NCBI GenBank assembly: GCA_964291675.2 | Contig: OZ219866.1 | Location: 64,001 to 128,000, forward strand | Source of the DNA: Alphaproteobacteria bacterium | Lineage (GTDB): Bacteria > Pseudomonadota > Alphaproteobacteria > MPNO01 | Length of the DNA: 64,000 nucleotides | Reading direction: 5' to 3' | Shown here: positions 58,089 through 64,000 of the stretch, in pieces | Position numbering within the stretch: position 1 is the stretch's first letter | How the letters are laid out: every line of letters starts with the position of its first letter | The notes under the pieces: generated by a model | The model's database searches: none | The model's input: only the letters and a program-made list of their open reading frames with translations | What the model was told of the DNA's origin: nothing | Made by a program: the position numbers and the translations under genes

Positions 58089-60179
58089 TCACGATTCCAT
58101 CCGCAGATCGTCAAGGAACTCGGACGCGGGCTCGGCGCCGGTCACCAGCAGACGATCACGGGCACGTGTGCAGGCAACGTAGAGAAGCTGCCGTTCCGTG
58201 CTGTACGTGTCTTCCAGGTCGGCTTCGTCGGCCACGTTCTCGATGCGTGATTGCAGGGGCAAAACCTCGTCGTCGCACGCCATGACCGCCACTGCTCGGA
58301 ACTCCAGTCCTTTGGCGAGATGCATCGTCGCGACGGCGACCTTGCCTGATGCCCCGTCCGAGCGTTCGTCCAATTCGATCGAGCTTAGGTCCGCCAGGCG
58401 GACAGCCTCCCGTGCCCTCGCGATCTCGCCTTCGGATCGTACGAACACGGCGATCTCGTGCGGCGCAAAACCCTCCTGCCGAAGCTCCGCGAGCCAGTCC
58501 GCGACGGCGGCGGCCTCTTCGTCGGGCGATGCAAGAACCCCGATGCTGGGCACGGGTCCGTTGAAGGCGGAGACGGTGCCACCGCGCCGCTCGGTGATGC
58601 CGTCCACGTCGGACAGCTCGGGCGGCAGCAAGCGGTCCGCTTGCCTTCGTATCTGGTGGGAGGTCCGGTAGTTGATGCGCAAGGTGTGCGAGCGCCCGCG
58701 CACGTCGACGCCCAGCGCGCGCCAGGAGAAGGGCGTGAGGAAGATGCGCTGGCCGAGATCGCCAGCGAAAAACAGACTGTCGGGGCGGCCGCCACCGAGG
58801 GCCGCAAGAAAGAGCAGTTCCGACACGCCGATGTCTTGGGCCTCGTCGATGACGCAGAACTCGAACGGCGGATGCGCTCCCTCTGCAACATGCCGTTCCA
58901 CAAGCCGGAACAAGCGGGGCTCGGTGAGCAACCCCCGTTCGTCCAGGCCATCGCGCACCATTGCGAAGATCGACCAGAGCACCGCGCGCTGGGATTCCGC
59001 CAAGTGGGTTTTGCGGCCAAGCCGCGTGACATCCCGGTAGTCCTCCCAACTGTCGAGTTGCCACGCGTCGATCACCCGGCTCCACTCGGTCCACAGGAAG
59101 TGGGGGTTGAACGCGTGCACTTCGACCTCGGCGGCTGCCAGGTCGATCAGCGCCCGCACCTCACCTTCGGTCACCAAGGTAGCTGCCCCGAAGTTCGCCT
59201 CGTAAAGGCGCCGGCCGATGCCGCCCATCGAGTTCACCTCCAATCGCTCGGTGATGCTGGGCTGATTGTGGACCAGGCGTCCGAGCCTAACCCGCAGCGC
59301 GTTCGCCAGTGTGTCGGAGAAGGTGGTGAGGAGGACGCGGGCATCGGGATGCGCTCGGGCCAGATGAACGGCGCGGTGGAGCGCCACGATGGTCTTTCCG
59401 GTGCCGGCCGAGCCTGATACGCGGGCCGGGCCGCTGTATGCGGCCTCCACGATCCGCCGCTGCGCCGGGTGCAGGAAGACCGTCCACTTCTCCCACGGGA
59501 ATTCGAGCGCGCGCTCCAGCTCGTCGGCGTTCTCCACGAGGCGGAAGCGGCGTTGCGCGTCCGGATGCCCGAACGGGTCCGTATCGGCGGCGGCATGCGC
59601 CGGCCGGTCCGGTGTGCCGCCGGTTGCGAGCTCCAGCAGCGCCTCCGCCGCCTCGGCCGGTAGATGGTCTGCGAGATCGAGCAGCGAGTCCTCGTCCGCG
59701 CCGCGAACGTCCTCCAGCCACGTCTCGGGGACGCCGTAACCCAGCAACTCGTCGTCTGATGCTTCGGCGAAGAGCGCAGGCTTAGAGGCGGCCCGCGCAA
59801 CGGCAGCTGCCTTCACGACGATAGGGCGCGGGACTTCGATCTCGCGCACGGTCTCGCGGATTTCGACGATTTGAGCCGCGCCGGTCTTCGGATGCCGCTC
59901 GATCCGTCGTCGCTCCGCCCATCGGTACGCGGCATCGTGATGGTCGACATAGGCGAGCAGGACGCTCGATGCGGTGCGATGAACGATCAGGCGGATGTTC
60001 CGGCTGACCCGGACCGACCAGAAGTTCCGATCCTTTGCTCGATCCAATTTGTGAAACGAGTGCCCGGCCCCTGACGGGTCCATCTGCAGGTCGAAGGCCG
60101 TGGTCTTCACGGCCTTCTGTTCGTCACCGGTCAGCTTGGCGAGGCTGTCGGTGAAGGTGTCGGCGATACGGAATTCCAT
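58089..60179 (-). CDS. UvrD-like SF1 helicase with N-terminal RelE/ParE-like domain
   Basis: FWSVRVSRNIRLIV..YVDHHD N-terminus; GSAGTGKT, IDEAQD, NYRT, KGLEF, YVACTRAR. Confidence 0.88.
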   Translation of the reverse strand: MEFRIADTFTDSLAKLTGDEQKAVKTTAFDLQMDPSGAGHSFHKLDRAKDRNFWSVRVSRNIRLIVHRTASSVLLAYVDHHDAAYRWAERRRIERHPKTGAAQIVEIRETVREIEVPRPIVVKAAAVARAASKPALFAEASDDELLGYGVPETWLEDVRGADEDSLLDLADHLPAEAAEALLELATGGTPDRPAHAAADTDPFGHPDAQRRFRLVENADELERALEFPWEKWTVFLHPAQRRIVEAAYSGPARVSGSAGTGKTIVALHRAVHLARAHPDARVLLTTFSDTLANALRVRLGRLVHNQPSITERLEVNSMGGIGRRLYEANFGAATLVTEGEVRALIDLAAAEVEVHAFNPHFLWTEWSRVIDAWQLDSWEDYRDVTRLGRKTHLAESQRAVLWSIFAMVRDGLDERGLLTEPRLFRLVERHVAEGAHPPFEFCVIDEAQDIGVSELLFLAALGGGRPDSLFFAGDLGQRIFLTPFSWRALGVDVRGRSHTLRINYRTSHQIRRQADRLLPPELSDVDGITERRGGTVSAFNGPVPSIGVLASPDEEAAAVADWLAELRQEGFAPHEIAVFVRSEGEIARAREAVRLADLSSIELDERSDGASGKVAVATMHLAKGLEFRAVAVMACDDEVLPLQSRIENVADEADLEDTYSTERQLLYVACTRARDRLLVTGAEPASEFLDDLRMES

Positions 60180-60228
60180 GGAGCGGTCAATGCGGCAACG
60201 CGCCACGCTTCGGTGAGGCTGTTGCCCG

Positions 60229-63024
60229 TTACACCCGGAACACCTTCATCGCCTCGTCGCCGAGGTGGTTGATGACCTTGACGGCGATGCGGCCGGAGGC
60301 GGGCTTGGGGAAGGGGCGGGAGGTGTCGCTGTTCAGCGTGGCCCAAGCGTCGAGGTCGACCTCCGCCTTGAGCGTCGTCTTCAGCGCCTTGTAGGGGTCG
60401 TTCGCGCCCAGGAAGTAGGCGTGGCGGACGAAGAAGCTCTCCTCGTTGTAGTCCGTGTCGACGAACCAGCAGGCGATGCCGTCGGCACCATCGCTCCGCA
60501 CCTCGCCGGTGTTGGGATGGAAGACGTCCACCCCGTTGATCCGCACCTGGATGGCGTCGTTGCCGTCGTCCTGGATGTCGATATCGGGCTCGCCGAAGAT
60601 GACGAACAGGTTGCCCTTGCCCGTGTTCTTGAGGTCGCCGGCCATGTGCAGATCGGCGTTCATGCGTGCCTTGAGCACCGGGATGCGTCCCAGCTTCTCG
60701 AACTCGGCGGCGTGGGCGTCGTAACTGAAGGCGCAGGCGATCAACACGTCGAAGCCGGCGTCGGCGGCCTCGCGCGCGGCGGCCACCAGATCAGGCCGCG
60801 CGACGGTGCCGAACTCCGGCCCGATGAAGACGCCAGCGCGGTGCGTGGCGCCCACCTCGCCGCCGCCCTCCACGTAGCGCCCCTCGGCGCAGACATAGTG
60901 GCCGGGCCAGGGTGTGAGCGCGCTGAATTCGATGCGGTCCTCCCGGTGCGCCTGCTGTACGCCGGCCGTCCTGAGGTTCTCCAGGATCATTTCGGTGAAG
61001 TTCGCCGCCTCTCCGTAGCCGAGCTTCCGATCAACGAGGGCGGAGAACAGCTCGTCGTTCTCGTCCACCGCGAGCATCCGGTGCGGCGCCAGGCTCTCGA
61101 CTGTGAAGGGGCCGGCGACACGGATGCGCGCGTTATCGGTGTAGGGCTTGTCGTAGAGATACTCGTGGTCCGCCTTGGCGGCGATGGAGCTATCGATCTC
61201 CTCCTGCCGCGCGATCCGCGCCTCCCACCACTCGGCGTGCGCAGCCGTGGTGTCGGCGGGCCAGTCGTCGCCTGCCTCGCGCGGGATTTCCCACTCCTCC
61301 CATTGCTTGCCGAGGGCGGCGTTGAGGCGGGCGCGGAGGGGCTCCAAGGTCTCCTGCCAGCGCTGCCAGATCACGTCGATCTCGGCATTGTTGGCAATGG
61401 ATTTCAGGGTAATGTGCGGCACGCGCTCGTAGACGAAACCTTGGCGGATGTCGCCGCCGGTCGGTGCCTCCGAAGGTGCTCGCTGCGTGATCTCCGCCTC
61501 CTTCCGCTGGCCCTCGAGGCTGTCGGCGAGCAGGTACCAAGGATATCGCGCGCCCATGATGCGGGCCCGTGCCAGCGCAAGCGCCACGCGGGAGGTGTCG
61601 ATGGTGATCCAGCGCCGTCCCCATTGCTCGGAGACATAGGCTGTAGTGCCGGAGCCACAGGTTGGGTCCAGCACGAGGTCGCCGGGATCAGTGGTCATCA
61701 GGATGCAGCGTTCAACTACGCGAGTGGCCGTCTGTACAACGTAGGTTTTCTCATCTCCAAATCCGCTCTGTCTCGTGTCGTCCCAAACGTCATTGTGGGA
61801 TTGAACATCGAAATCAGAAAATGGCCTAATAAACCGAAGTGTTTTTCCGATCCCGTAGAGACGTGACGCACGATGAAGACGTTCCATACCAACCAAGTTT
61901 GTTTTCCATCCGCCTTTTCCAGGCACATATCTGTTGTCATCAAGAGAATATTCGAAAAGCGTTGTGCTACTCGATGATTGTGAGGTCATCGGATTTGCGG
62001 CTGACACCTGTACTTCGTCGGCAATACTGTCGATCTGCTTTAGTTCATCCTTGGATAATGCTCGTAACTTTCCTACACCGTCTCTTCCAAAGCGGTAATT
62101 AAAATCATCCGATGGCTGTCTCCTAAAGTACAAAGTTCTATATTTCGTTTTGTTTGCATTTTTTGCATACCATACAACTGCATCATAAGTATTATCGAGA
62201 TACAATGATCCCTTTCCAGTGGTTTTTCTGACCACCGATTGACTAATGTAATTCGCTTCTCCGAACACTTCGTCCATCAGCGCCCGGACACGATGAACGT
62301 TCTCGTCGCCGATCTGCACGAAGACCGAGCCGCTCTCAGATAACAGGTCGTGCGCCACAGTCAGCCGGTCGCGCAGATAGCTCAGGTAGGAGTGGATGCC
62401 GTCGCGCCAAGTGTCGCGGAAGGCCTTCACCTGCTCGGGCTCGCGGGTGATGTGGGTGGCGTTGCCGTCCTTCACGTCACGGCTTCTGGTGGACCACTGG
62501 AAGTTGGAGTTGAACTTGATGCCGTAGGGCGGGTCGATATAGATGCACTGCACCTTGCCGCGCAGGCCCTCGCGCTCCGCCAGCGAGGCCATCACCTGCA
62601 AGGCGTCGCCGAGGATCATGCGGTTCGACCAGTTGGCGTCGTGCTTGTAGAACTCGGTCCTGGCGGCGCCGTCGGGCAGGCCGTTGAAATCGGCGAAGAG
62701 GTCCGGCGTATCATGCGCCTCCTCGTCGCGCCGTTCCTTCGTCTGCTTCAGCAGGTCGTCGATCAGGACCTTTGGGTGCACCTTCTCTTGGATGTAGAGC
62801 GGCGGCGCCTGGACGGCCAGATCGGATACGTCCTGCTCGTACTTGCCGCGCCAGACGAGCTGCGGGTCGAGGTCGTGGTTGCGGCGCTCGTAGGCCACGC
62901 GGACCGGCGCCTTGTCCTCCTCCGCCATGACGGGGTGGTACTCTGCCGTCGGGATGTTGCGCCGCGCCACCTCACCGTGCGTGAGCGTCTCGACCGACTT
63001 GGCCTTCTTCTTGCGGCGTGCCAC
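60229..63024 (-). CDS. mod: Type III-like R-M DNA methyltransferase
   Basis: IYIDPPYG precedes DPTCGSGTT (beta-class order), with a variable central region. Confidence 0.9.
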   Translation of the reverse strand: MARRKKKAKSVETLTHGEVARRNIPTAEYHPVMAEEDKAPVRVAYERRNHDLDPQLVWRGKYEQDVSDLAVQAPPLYIQEKVHPKVLIDDLLKQTKERRDEEAHDTPDLFADFNGLPDGAARTEFYKHDANWSNRMILGDALQVMASLAEREGLRGKVQCIYIDPPYGIKFNSNFQWSTRSRDVKDGNATHITREPEQVKAFRDTWRDGIHSYLSYLRDRLTVAHDLLSESGSVFVQIGDENVHRVRALMDEVFGEANYISQSVVRKTTGKGSLYLDNTYDAVVWYAKNANKTKYRTLYFRRQPSDDFNYRFGRDGVGKLRALSKDELKQIDSIADEVQVSAANPMTSQSSSSTTLFEYSLDDNRYVPGKGGWKTNLVGMERLHRASRLYGIGKTLRFIRPFSDFDVQSHNDVWDDTRQSGFGDEKTYVVQTATRVVERCILMTTDPGDLVLDPTCGSGTTAYVSEQWGRRWITIDTSRVALALARARIMGARYPWYLLADSLEGQRKEAEITQRAPSEAPTGGDIRQGFVYERVPHITLKSIANNAEIDVIWQRWQETLEPLRARLNAALGKQWEEWEIPREAGDDWPADTTAAHAEWWEARIARQEEIDSSIAAKADHEYLYDKPYTDNARIRVAGPFTVESLAPHRMLAVDENDELFSALVDRKLGYGEAANFTEMILENLRTAGVQQAHREDRIEFSALTPWPGHYVCAEGRYVEGGGEVGATHRAGVFIGPEFGTVARPDLVAAAREAADAGFDVLIACAFSYDAHAAEFEKLGRIPVLKARMNADLHMAGDLKNTGKGNLFVIFGEPDIDIQDDGNDAIQVRINGVDVFHPNTGEVRSDGADGIACWFVDTDYNEESFFVRHAYFLGANDPYKALKTTLKAEVDLDAWATLNSDTSRPFPKPASGRIAVKVINHLGDEAMKVFRV

Positions 63025-63027
63025 GGA

Positions 63028-63243
63028 TCAGCCAACCCTGGTCGAGCACAATGGCAGGGCCTCAGTCTCCAGCGTCGAGAAATCGAGGCGCCGGGACGCA
63101 TTGTCGATGTCGAAACCCACAACTTCGCCGTCCCCGTCGAGATCGACGTTCAGGCCGTCCGAGACCTCGCGCGTCTCCGCGCCCGGTCCAGCCTTGAACT
63201 CGACGTAGAGGCTGTCGGTCTCGGGATAGTAGTGCAGCTTCAT
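63028..63243 (-). CDS. DUF2283 domain antitoxin-like protein
   Basis: YYPETDSLYV...VDLD.DG.VVG.DI.NAS. Confidence 0.88.
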   Translation of the reverse strand: MKLHYYPETDSLYVEFKAGPGAETREVSDGLNVDLDGDGEVVGFDIDNASRRLDFSTLETEALPLCSTRVG

Positions 63244-63490
63244 TCTTCGTCCCTCTTGAACCTTCGATCAAAGAACGCGTTGTAGACTGTCTCGCCGTCG
63301 GCCAGCGTCACCACACGGAGGATGCGCGGTGCGCCTCGCCAGCGCGTGTTACCTCACCCCAGAAGCGAATGCGGCCATCCGGCTGCACGTCGCGACGAAG
63401 GGGCCCAGCGATAACGGCAGCGCACCACGCCGGATCAATATAGGGTCTCTTGCGTCGTACCTGCTCCTCAAAGTAGCGCGTCGTCTTCAT
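63240..63490 (-). CDS. Small toxin-like partner (BrnT/DUF4258-like); -1 frameshift near 63332
   Basis: QPDGRIRFWG, then in the shifted frame ILRVVTLADGETVYNAFFDR; ATGA-coupled on both sides. Confidence 0.7.
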
Positions 63491-64000
63491 GCGGCAGCAT
63501 CTTCGGGAAGATAGCTGCTGACAAGCGCGCCGAACTCCGATTCAAACTCGTAGACATCCGTGAATTCGGCGAAAGACCAGCGGCCGAAGGTGCCGAGCGC
63601 GTTCACCCCCGGCACCCAGTAGGTCTCCATGGTTGCCTTCTTGACCTTGGCGTCCGCACGCCGGTAGCCCTTGATCTCGACGATCAGGTGCAGTGGGTCG
63701 TCGTCGCCCCGCCCATCGTCCACCAGCACGATGAAGTCGGGGATGTAGGTCCCTGCCTCGCCGCCGAGACGGTATGGCACCTCCAACCCGAGCCCGTGGT
63801 TCTTCACGTAAGCGCGGACGCGGGGGTGTCCCTCGGCGACAGGACAGAACACAGCCTCCCAGTCGCTGTCGCAGACGATATAGTTGATGTGGCAACAGCG
63901 CGCGTCGGTCTTGTAGACCGTTTTCGAGGTCGTGAAGTGGACATGCCTCGTCGAGCCTGCTGCGTTGTATGGGTCGAGCACGGCCTTGACCGGGCGTTCA
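63487..64000 (-). CDS. res: Type III restriction endonuclease, C-terminal part
   Basis: HINYIVCDSDWE, AYVKN.GLG.EVPY, YIPDFIV, IVEIKG (PD-ExK); truncated by the window edge. Confidence 0.88.
   Translation of the reverse strand, partial: ERPVKAVLDPYNAAGSTRHVHFTTSKTVYKTDARCCHINYIVCDSDWEAVFCPVAEGHPRVRAYVKNHGLGLEVPYRLGGEAGTYIPDFIVLVDDGRGDDDPLHLIVEIKGYRRADAKVKKATMETYWVPGVNALGTFGRWSFAEFTDVYEFESEFGALVSSYLPEDAAA

Larger units (their letters stand above)
54495..64000. mobile_element. tRNA-Met-targeting integrative defence island (extends beyond the window)
   Basis: att core, integrase and R-M/TA cargo with lower GC. Confidence 0.7.

Overview
GC-rich window dominated by an F-type conjugative element, probably an ICE, spanning about 1-54.4 kb. 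It meets a tyrosine-integrase/defence island (about 54.5-64 kb) at a duplicated 3' half of tRNA-fMet. (1) 1-16.2 kb: nearly all genes are on + and point toward an F-like nic site on the minus strand at 16190/16189, which makes this the leading region. It encodes SRAP, a Strawberry-notch methylase-helicase, three SLOG proteins, SSB, AlkB, a DarG-like macrodomain, NADAR, a Toprim protein and DUF4326, separated by large hairpin-rich spacers. (2) 17-41.3 kb, minus strand: MOB_F relaxase, TraD and a full traA-traG operon, with an inserted SSB, a degenerate HD protein, a NYN gene and a convergent Eex-like gene. (3) 41.9-46.4 kb: an FseA-like (DUF6499/DUF2285) activator starting 3 nt after an adhesin-type autotransporter whose 5' end carries 48 octamer repeats. 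(4) Cargo: LuxR regulator, P450, HEPN protein, ankyrin remnant and an intact IS66 with 8-bp TSD. (5) Right island: integrase, DUF5131-TcmP, RelE-like/UvrD fusion, type III R-M and a DUF2283 TA pair. Five genes carry -1 frameshifts that may be assembly errors. All family calls come from motif recognition by eye; no searches were run.
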